Of a stretch of DNA of 64,000 nucleotides, positions 21,852-32,713 are shown piece after piece. Made by a program: the position numbers and the translations under genes. Under the pieces are notes generated by a model. It saw only the letters and a program-made list of their open reading frames with translations, was not told the DNA's origin and ran no database searches. The first letter of the stretch is position 1; each line of letters starts with the position of its first letter. This DNA comes from an uncultured Acidobacteriota bacterium (lineage in GTDB: Bacteria > Acidobacteriota > Blastocatellia > RBC074). The DNA is taken from positions 384,001 through 448,000 of the forward strand of contig CAWCKY010000002.1 in the NCBI GenBank assembly GCA_963796275.1. The letters are read 5' to 3'.

Positions 21852-24644
21852 ATGCCGCGTGGCGATACGGAAAGAGGAGGCTCGTTATATAAAGCCGGCA
21901 GCCCCGCTCATCTCGATAGCTCCGCGTCGGACGAGGCTGAAGAGATAACTATTCCCATACTTAGCACTAAACTTTCGATCCCGCCAAAGCGGCCCGACTG
22001 GGTACTTCGCGACCGTCTAATCGAACAACTGGATCAGTCATTGGGGAAGAAATTGGTCCTCGTTTCAGCTCCGGCCGGTTTCGGTAAAACCACGTTGATC
22101 GCCTCGTGGTTACATAGCCTGGGAGAGCGAGAAGAGGACACGCGCGTTGCCTGGTTATCTTTGGAAGAGGATGATAACGACCCCGTCCGTTTTCTCGCTC
22201 ACCTCATCGCTGCCCTGCAGACTCTCGACCAAGGAATTGGGCAGATGGCGAAGCCATTCCTGGAGATGGCACATGTCCCCAGGCTCACTCATCCCATGAC
22301 GCTGCTCATCAACGATCTCGCCGCCATTCAAGGGCAGAGCATTTTGGTCTTCGATGATTATCACGTGATCAATCACGCTGAGTTGCAAACAGCTGTTACA
22401 TTTTTCCTGGATCATTTACCGCCGCACTGCCATCTGATCGTTACGACGCGTGAAGAGCCGCCACTTCCGCTGCCTCGATTGCGGGCGAAATTGGAAGTCC
22501 TGGAGCTCCGTCTCCAGGATTTACGCTTCATCGGAGAGGAGACAGCGATCTTCCTCAACCAAACCATGGGCCTGGCACTGACCGCGGAGGCGGTGCAGAC
22601 GCTCGAAGACCGTACTGAAGGATGGGTTGCAGGCCTGCAAATGGCGGCTCTCTCATTACGCGGGCAGACGGGGCAAACGCAGACACCAGGGCTCAATCAA
22701 ATAACGTGGGACATCGATGCCTTCGGCGGTGGCCACCGCTATGTCATCGACTATCTGGCGGCGGAGGTCCTGCGACAACAGCCGGCGGAGTTTCGCTCCT
22801 TCTTACGCCAGACTGCCATACTCGACCGGTTCAATGCCTCGCTCTGTGGAGCGCTCACCGGCCGGGATGACAGCCGGATGATGCTGGCCCAACTAGAGAA
22901 GGCCAACCTCTTCCTTATCCCACTGGACCATGAGCGCCAATGGTATCGCTATCACCATCTCTTCGCCGATTTCCTCTGCACCGAGTTGACAGAACCGGAA
23001 CAAATAGTTTTGCATCGCCGGGCAAGCAACTGGCATGAGGCACAGGGAATGATTTCGGAAGCGATAAAGCATGCGCTGTCAGCGCATGATCCGATGGAAG
23101 CGGTGCGGTTGATACGGAACAACGGCGAGGAGACGCTTCGCAACGATGGGCTCGCTACCATCAGGGGCTGGATCAATGCGCTTCCGGAGGATATCGTGCG
23201 TGCGCATGGGGATATGTCGGTCCGCAAAGGATGGATTCTTTATCTTCAGGGAGAGTTTGCCGCCGCTGAAACCTATGCCACGCTGGCCACGGAGAAAGAT
23301 CGAGCAGATGATCCGCCGAAACAGCGCGGGATGCTGCTTAACTTCCGCTCCTATCTGGCCATCAATCGGGGTGAGCCGGAGCAAGCGGTGAAATTCGCGC
23401 GAGAAGCGCTGGAACTATTAGATGAGCCGGATTCATTCCACCGCACTCAAGCGCTCAGCCACCTGGGCCAGGCCCAGCGACTCGTGGGCGACCGTCGCGC
23501 TGCCATTCAGACATTGTACCAGGCCATCGCTTTGGGCCGACTGGTAGGCAATCATCTGGTAACCCTTGAGGCCCTGGCCCACCTGACAACGCTTCTCTAT
23601 CAGCAAGGGCGATTGAGCGAGGCGATATCGGTGTGCGAGCAAACCCGAATCCGGTATTCGGATGCGCGCGACAATCCGCTCCCGATGGCTGGCCTGGTCT
23701 ATATCTCGCTGGGATTTCTATATTACGAGACCAATGATCTGAAGCGCGCCTATCATCATTTGAGGACCGGCATCGACCTTTGTCAGCAGATGGGAATTAT
23801 CTATCCTGCACTGTTGGGGCAACGCACGCTCGCACGGCTGCATTACGCGCGCGATGAGACCGACGCAATGTGGGAGACACTGATCGCCGCTCGCCATTTA
23901 GCGGCGAGGGCTGCCAATGTGCGACGCACTCGCCTGGTCAGCGTCGTGACGGCAGAGCTCCAACTACGGCAGGGCCAGACTGCCGCCGCCGCCCTCACTC
24001 TGGCCGATCTGCCGGTCAACGCCGAAGATCGCTCCGAACAGGAAAATATGGCTTTCGTCCGCTTGCTGCTCGCGCAAGGGCAAGTGAGCGCAGCACAGGA
24101 ATGGCTTCGGCAGTTCGAACAAGTCGCGGTGCAACAGGGCCGCCGTGGATGCCTCATCACCATCCATCTGTTGCAAGCGCTTGCCCATCAGGCACTCGAT
24201 AACTCTACCGCAGCGCTCGAACGTCTGGAAGAGGCGATCCGTCTGGCCGCGCCCGAAGGCTATCGCCGTATCTTTCTCGATGAAGATCCATCCATCGCTG
24301 CATTGCTCCGAACGCGGCAGGACCTGGCCCCCGAATTCGTCGCCGGTCTCCTGGAAGCTTTTCCAAAGTGCCCTGCCCCCCAGGCTGATGATAATTCGGC
24401 GGCGACAGCGCTGGAGCCCAAACCGAATCGAGGGAAGCAGCAACCGCTGATCGAACCGCTGGGCGAGACGCAATTGATGATCCTGCGCCTGGTCGCCGAT
24501 GGATTGTCGAATCGCAACATTGCGGCAAAACTCGAGATAACCGAGGGCACCACCAAGTGGCACCTCAACCAGATTTACGGCAAGCTGAATGTCAGTAGCC
24601 GTACGCAAGCCGTAGCTCAGGCGCGCCGCCTCAAACTGCTTTAG
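21852..24644 (+). CDS. MalT-family (STAND ATPase-TPR-LuxR HTH) transcriptional regulator
   Basis: LSTKL, Walker A APAGFGKTT, FDDYH, TEGWVAGLQ, WYRYHHLF, C-terminal LuxR HTH; AGGAGG RBS before ATG 21852. Confidence 0.92.
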   Translation: MPRGDTERGGSLYKAGSPAHLDSSASDEAEEITIPILSTKLSIPPKRPDWVLRDRLIEQLDQSLGKKLVLVSAPAGFGKTTLIASWLHSLGEREEDTRVAWLSLEEDDNDPVRFLAHLIAALQTLDQGIGQMAKPFLEMAHVPRLTHPMTLLINDLAAIQGQSILVFDDYHVINHAELQTAVTFFLDHLPPHCHLIVTTREEPPLPLPRLRAKLEVLELRLQDLRFIGEETAIFLNQTMGLALTAEAVQTLEDRTEGWVAGLQMAALSLRGQTGQTQTPGLNQITWDIDAFGGGHRYVIDYLAAEVLRQQPAEFRSFLRQTAILDRFNASLCGALTGRDDSRMMLAQLEKANLFLIPLDHERQWYRYHHLFADFLCTELTEPEQIVLHRRASNWHEAQGMISEAIKHALSAHDPMEAVRLIRNNGEETLRNDGLATIRGWINALPEDIVRAHGDMSVRKGWILYLQGEFAAAETYATLATEKDRADDPPKQRGMLLNFRSYLAINRGEPEQAVKFAREALELLDEPDSFHRTQALSHLGQAQRLVGDRRAAIQTLYQAIALGRLVGNHLVTLEALAHLTTLLYQQGRLSEAISVCEQTRIRYSDARDNPLPMAGLVYISLGFLYYETNDLKRAYHHLRTGIDLCQQMGIIYPALLGQRTLARLHYARDETDAMWETLIAARHLAARAANVRRTRLVSVVTAELQLRQGQTAAAALTLADLPVNAEDRSEQENMAFVRLLLAQGQVSAAQEWLRQFEQVAVQQGRRGCLITIHLLQALAHQALDNSTAALERLEEAIRLAAPEGYRRIFLDEDPSIAALLRTRQDLAPEFVAGLLEAFPKCPAPQADDNSAATALEPKPNRGKQQPLIEPLGETQLMILRLVADGLSNRNIAAKLEITEGTTKWHLNQIYGKLNVSSRTQAVAQARRLKLL

Positions 24645-24776
24645 CTGGAAAAGGAGCGAAGCAAAATCGTAGGGAGTGGAAGAAAGGTTCCGCGCTATAC
24701 CGAATGAGCACCTCATGCATATAGGGAAATTTGATGGCTAAGGGATACGAAGATAAAAACCCTTGGTTTAATTGAT

Positions 24777-24840
24777 CGGGCAGCGGGACAGCGGGACAGC
24801 GGGACAGCGTTGCCTTTGCCCCGCTGCCCCGTTGCCCCGC
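24777..24840. repeat. Inverted array of 8-nt repeats (CGGGACAG versus TGCCCCGY)
   Basis: cgggcag-cgggacag-cgggacag-cgggacag...tgccccgc-tgccccgt-tgccccgc, between convergent genes. Confidence 0.75.
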
Positions 24841-24985
24841 GCCCAAAGAACGAAACTTCTGATAGCTGCAATAATCGATCATTTGCAGCAGGATTGGGCT
24901 TTCAGGATTGGATTTAACTGCGGCTCTCAAACCGCAAACTGCAAATTAAACCCAATATCCGATAAACCACGGTTAATCCCTATTT

Positions 24986-26302
24986 TTACAACATCTCCAA
25001 TCCGCGCATCGCGCCGGTGCTGGTGGCGAACTTGTCCTCTTCGATGCCGAAGCGTTGCAGCACGTTGACGAAAAGGTTCGGCAGCGGGTAGTTGCGTTCG
25101 CGGTCGAACGCGAGGTGTTGGCCGTGTCTGAAACCGCCGCCGGCGAAGAGGGCGGGCAGGTTCGTGGTTACGTGCGCATTCGCGTCGCCGAGGTTCGTAC
25201 CGTAAAGCACCATCGTGCGGTCGAACAGCGTGTCGGCGCCTTCACGACGGGACTTAAGTTCGGCAAAGAGATGATCGAGCAGCTTCATATGCGCCCGATC
25301 GATCGTTTCAAGCTGTCGCAGTTTTTCCGCCGATTTTCCGTGGTGCGAGAGGGCATGGTAACCGTCCGTTGTATTCTCGCCCTCGAGCTTGAGGGCGGGT
25401 GAATTGACGCTGTCGAGCAGCAACGCGATGAGCCGCGTGGAATCGGTTTCGAACGCGAGCCGCGCCATGTCGTACATGAGCCTGACCCGTTCGAAGTAAT
25501 CTTGCGCATTCGCTGAATCCACCGGGGGTTTCTCGCTGACGACGGGCTTCGGCTTGCGCTCCCATTCTTGGGCCTGGCCGAGATTCTGTTCGAGGTCACG
25601 CACGCCTGTCAGATACTGGTCGAGCCGCTCCCGGTCGCGCGGGCCAAGGTCGCGCTGCAAGCGGCGAGTCTGATCGGCCACAGTATCCATCACGCTCTGC
25701 CCGAGCGCGAGGCGGCGCATCTGTGCTTCCACCTCCTCCGGTGAACCGCTCAGAAACAGACGCTTGAAGACCTCCGATGGTTTCTCCTCGGGCGGAATCA
25801 GCACACCACCGCGAGTCCACGAAAGGCTGCGTTGGCCCTGCTGAACGTTGACGCCAAGGGTGAGCGACGGGAATCTCGTGAGATGCCCGATTCGTTCGGC
25901 GACGAGTTGATCGAGCGAGATCGTGTTGCGAAAGCCGCCGCTACCGGGATGCGGTGCAGCGGTCAGGAAACAATTGTCCGCCGGGTGGCCGCCATCCACG
26001 TCGGGATGCCAGACGCCACTGAAGACCGTGAATTCCTCGCGGTGCGCGCTCAGCAATTCCAGGTAAGGCGAAAGCTGATAGCCTCGGCCGATCTGGTCAG
26101 GCGCAGGGAAAAACTTCGCCGGCAAAACTCCGAGGTTGTTGCAGATGGCGAAGAACCGGCGCGGCACCGCATTATTTGCAGCGGCGCGCGCGAAGGCCGG
26201 AAGCATTGCGTCCAACAGCGGCAGCCCAAGGGCGACGCCCGCCCCGCGCAGAAACCTACGTCGTGAGATGGAGTGTTGTGTCGAAATTTGAACGGTCTTC
26301 AT
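24986..26302 (-). CDS. DUF1552-family protein (Tat-like N-terminus)
   Basis: [45 protein letters not shown]...AGG. Confidence 0.88.
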   Translation of the reverse strand: MKTVQISTQHSISRRRFLRGAGVALGLPLLDAMLPAFARAAANNAVPRRFFAICNNLGVLPAKFFPAPDQIGRGYQLSPYLELLSAHREEFTVFSGVWHPDVDGGHPADNCFLTAAPHPGSGGFRNTISLDQLVAERIGHLTRFPSLTLGVNVQQGQRSLSWTRGGVLIPPEEKPSEVFKRLFLSGSPEEVEAQMRRLALGQSVMDTVADQTRRLQRDLGPRDRERLDQYLTGVRDLEQNLGQAQEWERKPKPVVSEKPPVDSANAQDYFERVRLMYDMARLAFETDSTRLIALLLDSVNSPALKLEGENTTDGYHALSHHGKSAEKLRQLETIDRAHMKLLDHLFAELKSRREGADTLFDRTMVLYGTNLGDANAHVTTNLPALFAGGGFRHGQHLAFDRERNYPLPNLFVNVLQRFGIEEDKFATSTGAMRGLEML

Positions 26303-26322
26303 TCGGATGGTCCTCGATAAAG

Positions 26323-29010
26323 TTATTTGTTGCGAAAGATATCGCTTTCGATGATGGATTGAATTAGCGATCTCGCGCCGTAGCCCCTGCCTGCGGCGCG
26401 ATCCAGAATAGCTTCGACCTTAGGGCGGTCACCGAACCGCACGGGAGCCCCCGTGGCGAAGACGATGAGTTGCCCTACCAAGTTACGCGCAATTTGTCGC
26501 TCGTCCTGCAAAAGCAAGCGTTTTAACGCGCGCACATCCTGAAACCGGCCTCCATCAGGCAATATGCCCGAGGCGTCCACCGGTTGCGCGTAATGAAACG
26601 CGAAGCGCTGGCCGTTCTTACCGATGCCGGGAGCTTTTTCGCCCTCGCCCAGCGCGCGGTATCGATCGCGCCAGGCGCCAAATACGTCGAAACTTTCGAG
26701 TGCAAATCCAGGCGGATCGATCTTCGCGTGGCATACATTGCATGATGGATTATTGCGATGTTTGTCGAGCTGCGCGCGGATCGTCGTCGCGCCCCGCGTG
26801 TCCGGTTCTACGGCGGGAACACCGGCCGGCGGCGGTGGCACAGGTTTGCCGAGAATTCGTTCCGTAATCCAAACGCCCCGCAGCACAGGCGAGGTCGTCG
26901 TGCCGTTCGCGGTCACTTTGAGCACGCTGGCCTGAGTGAGCAGCCCGCCTCGCACGGAATCCGGCGGCAAAACAACGCGACGAATCGCTGAACCCTCGAT
27001 GCCCGGCAACCCGTAGTGCGCCGCCAACCGTTCGTTGATCATCACAAAATCCGAAGCCACGAAGTTGCGCGCCGGCAGGTCGCCGCGCACAATTTCGGCG
27101 AAGAATCCTTGCGTCTCGACCCTGGCCGATTCTGTGAGGAAATCATCCAGGTAGTAATCGGAATAGAGCACCTCATCCGGCGACGTATTATTGATCTTAC
27201 GCAGGTCGAGCCAGTAATCGAGAAAGGCTTCTATAAACCGCTGAGATTTGTCGTCGCCTAGCATGCGTTCCATCTGCGCGCGCAGCACTGCGGTTTTGTG
27301 CAGTGCACCCCGCCTGGCCATTTCGCGCAAGGTAGCGTCCGGCTCCGAGTTCCAGAGAAAGTAAGCCAGGCGGGAAGCCAGCGCGTGATCGTCCAGCTTT
27401 CCCGGCTTCTCCTCCAGCGTGACAAACGTTGGCGAACATAGCACGGCGGAATAGGCCGTGATCATCGCATCGGCAAAACCGACGCCGCTCTTCAATGCCG
27501 TGTCTGCGAGCTTGGTGAACGGCCGCACATCCGCTTCAACTACCGGGCGGCGATACGCGCGTTGCAAAAAGCCGCGAAGCAATCGCTCGGCGTCGGCGCG
27601 CGGGTTTTGTGAAACAACCTCGACTTCGCCCCCTACCTTGCCCCCTGTATTGACGGTAGCGCCCCGTGTGCCCCGTGTGCCCCGTGTGCCCCGTGCGTCA
27701 CCTCTTTCTTTGCCCCCGGCCCTTTCGCTCATCTTGATCGGCAGGTCGCCGAACATCAACCGGTGCCCCTTGCCGGGCCATTCGTCACAGATCGGTCCTT
27801 CGACTTCCAGCCAACGGAAAGCGACGCCGGGCTGGCCATCCTTCTGCGCCAGCGGGTTGCGCCAGTTGGGGGGTCGCGAGCGGAACAGGCGCGCCGCATC
27901 GGGACGGATGGTTTCATCCTTAAGCAAATAGACCTCCATCTCGTTGACGGATGCTTCGGGCTTCACATCGAAGCTGCCCAGGTAACGCATCTGTCGAGGC
28001 GGAATCTCGGCATAAATCGTCACCGGTTCGCGCGTGCGCCCGGCAGACAGGTTATCGCGGCTCGGCTTCCACCATCGCGCTTCGCTCTCCGGCCCGGCCC
28101 AGAACGAATGCGCGCTGACGCGCAATTTGTATCGGCCCGAAGCGGGCGCCTTGAATTGGTTGAACCTGATCTCCAGTGGCTCATAAGTGCTCGCCACGAC
28201 GCCCATGCTCTCCAGTTCGCGCTTCGCCGGGTCAGCGGCGCCGACTGTCATCGGCGCTTCGCGCTTCAACACCGCCAAATCGGCGGCATCGCCGAGAAGC
28301 GGAAAAGTGGCGCGTTCGGAAGCGCGGTTGAATTGAGAAAATTCCACCTTCCTGAAAAATGCGGGCTGCTCGCGCGCATAGAAGCGCTTCACCGCGACCG
28401 CGGGCCGCTTTGTATCGTGCTCCAACACCTCGCGCAGGGCATATTCCGCGGCCGCCAGGTAGCGGCTCATCTGCACGTGCGACACGCCGAGCGCCTCACC
28501 TACCTTGTTGAAGCGAAACGCCTCGCCGTCTTCGGGCAGCAATTCCTTCACCTGCAGCCAGGGCGCGCCGAGCAAATCGCGCAGCGTGTTCTCATATTCA
28601 TAGCGGTTCATTCGCCGCCACGCCGCCCGCCCCTCTCGCCGCACACGTGCGTCATCCGCTTCTATCATCGGCCGCGCGAGATCCTTGAGGAAAGCGGCGC
28701 GCGTCGCTTCATCCGGCTGGGCCATCTTTCCCGGCGGCATCTCTCCGGCGAGCACGCGGTCGTGCACTTTCACCCAGGTTGTAAATGCCTGGTCATCCGC
28801 CATATCAAATTTGAGCGCCGTCAGGTTCAGGCCGCCCTTCTTCATGCGGCTGTCGTGGCACATGTAACAGTGCGCTTCCAGAAAATCGCGCACAGCTTTT
28901 GCGTTGCTCGGCCCTCGCGCAGCACCCGCGTTTCGCGATTGCGGGCTCACAACCAGCCAGGTGCCGAGAACTAAGGCAATAATAGCGATGAATTTGATTC
29001 GTTTAGTCAT
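26323..29010 (-). CDS. Planctomycete-type cytochrome c protein (DUF1587/1592/1588/1595/1585 domains)
   Basis: CYMCH...[67 protein letters not shown]. Confidence 0.9.
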   Translation of the reverse strand: MTKRIKFIAIIALVLGTWLVVSPQSRNAGAARGPSNAKAVRDFLEAHCYMCHDSRMKKGGLNLTALKFDMADDQAFTTWVKVHDRVLAGEMPPGKMAQPDEATRAAFLKDLARPMIEADDARVRREGRAAWRRMNRYEYENTLRDLLGAPWLQVKELLPEDGEAFRFNKVGEALGVSHVQMSRYLAAAEYALREVLEHDTKRPAVAVKRFYAREQPAFFRKVEFSQFNRASERATFPLLGDAADLAVLKREAPMTVGAADPAKRELESMGVVASTYEPLEIRFNQFKAPASGRYKLRVSAHSFWAGPESEARWWKPSRDNLSAGRTREPVTIYAEIPPRQMRYLGSFDVKPEASVNEMEVYLLKDETIRPDAARLFRSRPPNWRNPLAQKDGQPGVAFRWLEVEGPICDEWPGKGHRLMFGDLPIKMSERAGGKERGDARGTRGTRGTRGATVNTGGKVGGEVEVVSQNPRADAERLLRGFLQRAYRRPVVEADVRPFTKLADTALKSGVGFADAMITAYSAVLCSPTFVTLEEKPGKLDDHALASRLAYFLWNSEPDATLREMARRGALHKTAVLRAQMERMLGDDKSQRFIEAFLDYWLDLRKINNTSPDEVLYSDYYLDDFLTESARVETQGFFAEIVRGDLPARNFVASDFVMINERLAAHYGLPGIEGSAIRRVVLPPDSVRGGLLTQASVLKVTANGTTTSPVLRGVWITERILGKPVPPPPAGVPAVEPDTRGATTIRAQLDKHRNNPSCNVCHAKIDPPGFALESFDVFGAWRDRYRALGEGEKAPGIGKNGQRFAFHYAQPVDASGILPDGGRFQDVRALKRLLLQDERQIARNLVGQLIVFATGAPVRFGDRPKVEAILDRAAGRGYGARSLIQSIIESDIFRNK
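27661..27696 (-). repeat. In-frame 9-nt tandem repeat (ACACGGGGC-type, four units)
   Basis: Plus strand gccccgtgt x3 then gccccgtgc; encodes [12 protein letters not shown] in a low-complexity insert. Confidence 0.85.
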
Positions 29011-29364
29011 GCGTAGCTTTCAGATGAACAAGAATAGATTCATCCAAATTCGCAAAGGTCAAAAACACAGAAGGAGATAGTTTTTGTGATTTTTTATTTC
29101 GCAAATCTGGTGGCGAATCCCGTCCTTCTTTGCCTACTTATACAGTGATTACCGCTGTTAATAGCCGGTTGTGTTCTTAAAATCTTCTCGCCGGAAGCGA
29201 TAGTATAGAGATTAAAAGCCGTCTGCGTTCCCGCTTTGATTATTTTTGTATATAGTATTGTCCAATTGTCCGGTTTTCTCCAAATCTTTCAATACTAGTT
29301 CGGCGCTTTTCGTCAATCGAATTGAGGCGAGACATTCTTTAATTTATTGGAGAGGTATTTTGTA

Positions 29365-30483
29365 ATGTTAGGACGCAGAGAGTTTCTTGGATTTATGACT
29401 GCGTTGGCCGCCGCAGGTGATCGTCAAAATCGTACATCAGTAGTACGTCGAACGGTCCTCGCTATTCAAGGCGACCGCTTCTTCATAAACGGCAGTCCGA
29501 CCTACGAAGGTCGCTCATATAATGGGATGAATATCGAGGGGCTGCTCATGAATTCACGGATGGTTCAGGGCATCTTCGACGACCTGAACCCGGAAACCAG
29601 ATCGCGTTGGAGTTATCCCGATACAGAGAAGTGGGACCCTGAACGCAATACCGACGAATTTATCGACGCGATGCCGGAATGGCGCAGGCACGGACTTTTG
29701 GGCTTCACCATAAATTTTCAGGGCGGCAGCCCTCAGGGCTATTCGCAGGACCAGCCCTGGCATAACAGCGCCTTCGATGCCGATGGACTTCTGCGAAGCG
29801 ACTATATGTCACGAATGGAACGCATCCTCAACAAAGCCAACGAGCTCGGAATGGTCGCAATCGTCGGATACTTCTACTTCGGCCAGGATCAACGATTTCG
29901 CAATGAAGAAGCGGTCAGACGCGCCGTCCTAGAGGCGACCAAATGGCTTTTGGAAAAAGGTTACCAAAATATTTTGGTTGAGATAGCAAACGAATGCGAC
30001 AACAGTAAATACGACCAGCCGATCATAAAAAAAGATCGCATCCATGAATTGCTCAAACTGACAAGATCGCTCACAGACAACGGAAAGCGGAGCGGGCGGC
30101 GATTGTTCGCCGGCGTGAGCTTTAATGGCGGCAGCATTCCTTCGAGCAACGCCGTCACCGCATCCGATTTTCTGCTGTTGCACGGCAACGGGGTGAAAGA
30201 CCCCGATCGCATCGCGCAGATGGTCAAAGAGACTCGCCGCGTTCCCGGATATCGCAAGATGCCCATCCTTTTCAACGAAGACGACCATTTCGATTTCGAC
30301 AAACCGGTCAACCATATGCTCAAAGCGATCGGCGCATACGCCTCGTGGGGGTATTTCGATCCGGGCCAAGGCGATTACATCGACGGTTATCAATGCCCGC
30401 CCGTGAACTGGCGGATCAATACTGAACGCAAGAAGGCCTTCTTCAATCTGCTCAAGCAAGTGACGGGATCGGACCGCCCATAA
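29365..30483 (+). CDS. Putative glycoside hydrolase-like TIM-barrel protein with Tat-like leader
   Basis: GRREFL; EIANE and LFNED resemble the clan GH-A acid/base and nucleophile motifs. Confidence 0.5.
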   Translation: MLGRREFLGFMTALAAAGDRQNRTSVVRRTVLAIQGDRFFINGSPTYEGRSYNGMNIEGLLMNSRMVQGIFDDLNPETRSRWSYPDTEKWDPERNTDEFIDAMPEWRRHGLLGFTINFQGGSPQGYSQDQPWHNSAFDADGLLRSDYMSRMERILNKANELGMVAIVGYFYFGQDQRFRNEEAVRRAVLEATKWLLEKGYQNILVEIANECDNSKYDQPIIKKDRIHELLKLTRSLTDNGKRSGRRLFAGVSFNGGSIPSSNAVTASDFLLLHGNGVKDPDRIAQMVKETRRVPGYRKMPILFNEDDHFDFDKPVNHMLKAIGAYASWGYFDPGQGDYIDGYQCPPVNWRINTERKKAFFNLLKQVTGSDRP

Positions 30484-30590
30484 GGACCCCCTCATATGCC
30501 GGCGATCAGTCGGGGCGGACAAAGAGGCGAATCGCGATCGCCGGTCGAGCGGTGACGGCCAACCCCCTTAAGACAATTCTCCGCCTCGTG

Positions 30591-30640
30591 TTGACATCCG
30601 ACAAAGCGTCAAATAACATCTGCGTTGTCGATCGTCGAGG
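30591..30640 (+). promoter_or_regulatory. Sigma70 promoter and palindromic operator of padR
   Basis: TTGACA-N17-TAACAT followed by TCGAtcgTCGA (30628-30638). Confidence 0.5.
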
Positions 30641-30679
30641 GGACATCTGTAGTTAAAGAAGGGAAATGAGAGAAGGAAT

Positions 30680-31012
30680 ATGAAAAAGACACAGACCGAT
30701 TTGTTACAGGGAACGCTTGACCTGCTGGTGCTCAAAACGCTTCAGTCCGGCCCGACACATGGCTGGGATATCGCACAGCGCATTCAGCAGGTTTCGCAGG
30801 ATGTATTGCGTGTGGGCCAGGGGTCATTGTATCCGGCTCTGCACCGGCTGGAGGCGCAGGGCTGGATCGCCTCCGAATGGGGGGCATCGGAGAACAACCG
30901 GAAGGCGAAATACTACAAACTGACGGCTACCGGCCGGAAAAAATTGCTGGCGGAGACCGAGACGTGGAAACGATTTACGGGGGCGGTGGAACTGATTCTG
31001 AAAACGTCCTGA
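30680..31012 (+). CDS. PadR-family regulator, acidobacterial type
   Basis: DLLQGTLDLLVLKTL, HGWDIAQRIQQ, GSLYPALHRLE, SENNRKAKYYKLT. Confidence 0.92.
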   Translation: MKKTQTDLLQGTLDLLVLKTLQSGPTHGWDIAQRIQQVSQDVLRVGQGSLYPALHRLEAQGWIASEWGASENNRKAKYYKLTATGRKKLLAETETWKRFTGAVELILKTS

Positions 31013-31370
31013 ATGGCTTGAGCGAAATGCGATGCGTCACAAGCTTCGGCGGTGTTGAAAAGCTGAATGATGAGAGCCGGGATAAGCACGGGCATCCCAT
31101 TCCTGGCGCACAGCGCCACGCGCATCCCGTCTCGATCCGATAGCGGTTCCCCGCCCGGAATAAGCGCTTGGTGAACGATACACTCTGCCAATTTTTATCT
31201 TCGTTCTCTTCGTTTCTTCTTATTGGCATCAAAGCCTTGCCGTCGCTGTAATTCTAGAGTAAATTTCGCCCGATAAGCACTATCGATGGCATTCATTAGA
31301 CCCGGCAGCGCGCGATCAGCGATTGCTGTCGGCCTCCCATTCATAGCTACGACATATCGGAGAGAACTAG

Positions 31371-32642
31371 ATGATCACCATCTATCGCACCACTCTTTAT
31401 GCAATGCTTTTGCTGGCCCTGCCTGTGCTTACGGCAGTCGCCACAGATAAACCCAACTTCCGCACGATTGAACTCTGGCCCAACGGCGCACCCGGCGCGA
31501 CGGGTAATACTGACGAAGACAAACCCGCGATCATTCCGGTCATTCCCGATGCGGCCAAGGCGACCGGCGCGGCGATCCTGGTCTGTCCGGGCGGTGGCTT
31601 CACGATACGCGCCATCGATCACGAAGGCATGCTCGTGGCGCAGTGGCTCAAAGAGCGAGGGATCGCGGCTTTCGTTTTACGCTATCGCCTGCGCCCGCTT
31701 TATGGCCGCGAGCACTGGCTGCGCGATGCGCAGCGCGGCATGCAATTCATCCGCGCACACGCCGGCGAGTATCACGTCGCTGCCGATCGCATCGGCATCA
31801 TCGGCTTTTCCGCGGGAGCGCAGCTCGCAGCCGATGCCTCGTTCAATCCGTTGGCGGGCCAAACCGCCGCCAACGACCCGCTCGACCGTGTTTCCAGCCG
31901 CCCCGACTTTCTGATCCTGTCTTATGGATCGATGGCCTTTCCTGCCTCTGCGAACGGCGCCGATCTGCCACCGGCGTTTATGTTCTGCACCTCCGAAGAT
32001 GCCGGGCAGATGCGCGGCATGGTCGAGCTCTATGCCAATTTGCATAAAGCCAACGTCCCAATCGAAGCGCACTTCTTCGCCAGGGGCGTACACGGCGTAG
32101 GCTTCGCGCAAGGCGATCCGGTATTGGGCGAATGGCCGTATCTGATGCATCGCTGGTTGACGGCGGGCGGCTGGTTGACGGACAAAGCGCGCGTGGCGCT
32201 GAAAGGTGTGGTCAAACTTGATGGCGCGCCGCTAGTGCGCGGCGTCGTGATCTTGACGCCGGTAGATCAGCCCAATGCGCCTTCGGTAACGGCATACATC
32301 ACGAATGCCCACACCAACGAACTCGGCTCATTCATCGTCAGTCAGGATCAAGGGCCAGTGCCGGGCCGCTATCGCGTAGAAGTGCGGCAAGATGCGACGC
32401 GATGGATGAGCAATTCGCGCGATCCGTTGATGATCAAAATGATGTCCAAGCAGCGAGGCCGCACCTTGACTGAGGACGATCGCAAAGAATGGGGCGAATA
32501 CATCCGCCGGCGCGACCTTTCGCCGAGCATCGAAAACCAGCGCGTTTTCAAGCGCCAGCGCCCACGTCACAATCACGATTACATCGTCGAAATCAAGGCG
32601 GCTGGTGAAAATCAGTTGAGCGTCGATGTGTTCAGTAAATAG
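31371..32642 (+). CDS. Secreted alpha/beta-hydrolase esterase with a C-terminal Ig-like (carboxypeptidase-regulatory-like) domain
   Basis: CPGGG, GFSAG, RPDF, GVHG; C-terminal LKGVVKLDGAPL...GPVPGRYRVEV. Confidence 0.75.
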   Translation: MITIYRTTLYAMLLLALPVLTAVATDKPNFRTIELWPNGAPGATGNTDEDKPAIIPVIPDAAKATGAAILVCPGGGFTIRAIDHEGMLVAQWLKERGIAAFVLRYRLRPLYGREHWLRDAQRGMQFIRAHAGEYHVAADRIGIIGFSAGAQLAADASFNPLAGQTAANDPLDRVSSRPDFLILSYGSMAFPASANGADLPPAFMFCTSEDAGQMRGMVELYANLHKANVPIEAHFFARGVHGVGFAQGDPVLGEWPYLMHRWLTAGGWLTDKARVALKGVVKLDGAPLVRGVVILTPVDQPNAPSVTAYITNAHTNELGSFIVSQDQGPVPGRYRVEVRQDATRWMSNSRDPLMIKMMSKQRGRTLTEDDRKEWGEYIRRRDLSPSIENQRVFKRQRPRHNHDYIVEIKAAGENQLSVDVFSK

Positions 32643-32700
32643 TTTTTAGTTTTTAGTTTTTATATGTGTTGTCTTAGTCTGCAACTGAAAACTGAAAACT
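32641..32700. repeat. Inverted heptamer arrays (AGTTTTT x3 / AACTGAA about x2.5)
   Basis: Read directly; can fold into a G-U-containing hairpin just 5' of the next RBS. Confidence 0.6.
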
Positions 32701-32713
32701 CATGAGGAGACGT

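Noticed and set aside
24777-24840. Possible CRISPR array
   Set aside because: Units are 8 nt with no spacers and there are no cas genes; no CRISPR-like repeat-spacer pattern was seen anywhere in the window.
27763-28974. Long antisense ORFs (403 aa here; also 17559-18581, 35221-36111 and others)
   Set aside because: Shadow frames opposite well-supported GC-rich genes.
30913-31232. Short ORFs downstream of padR as a possible permease remnant
   Set aside because: No recognisable ADOP/MacB motif in the translations.
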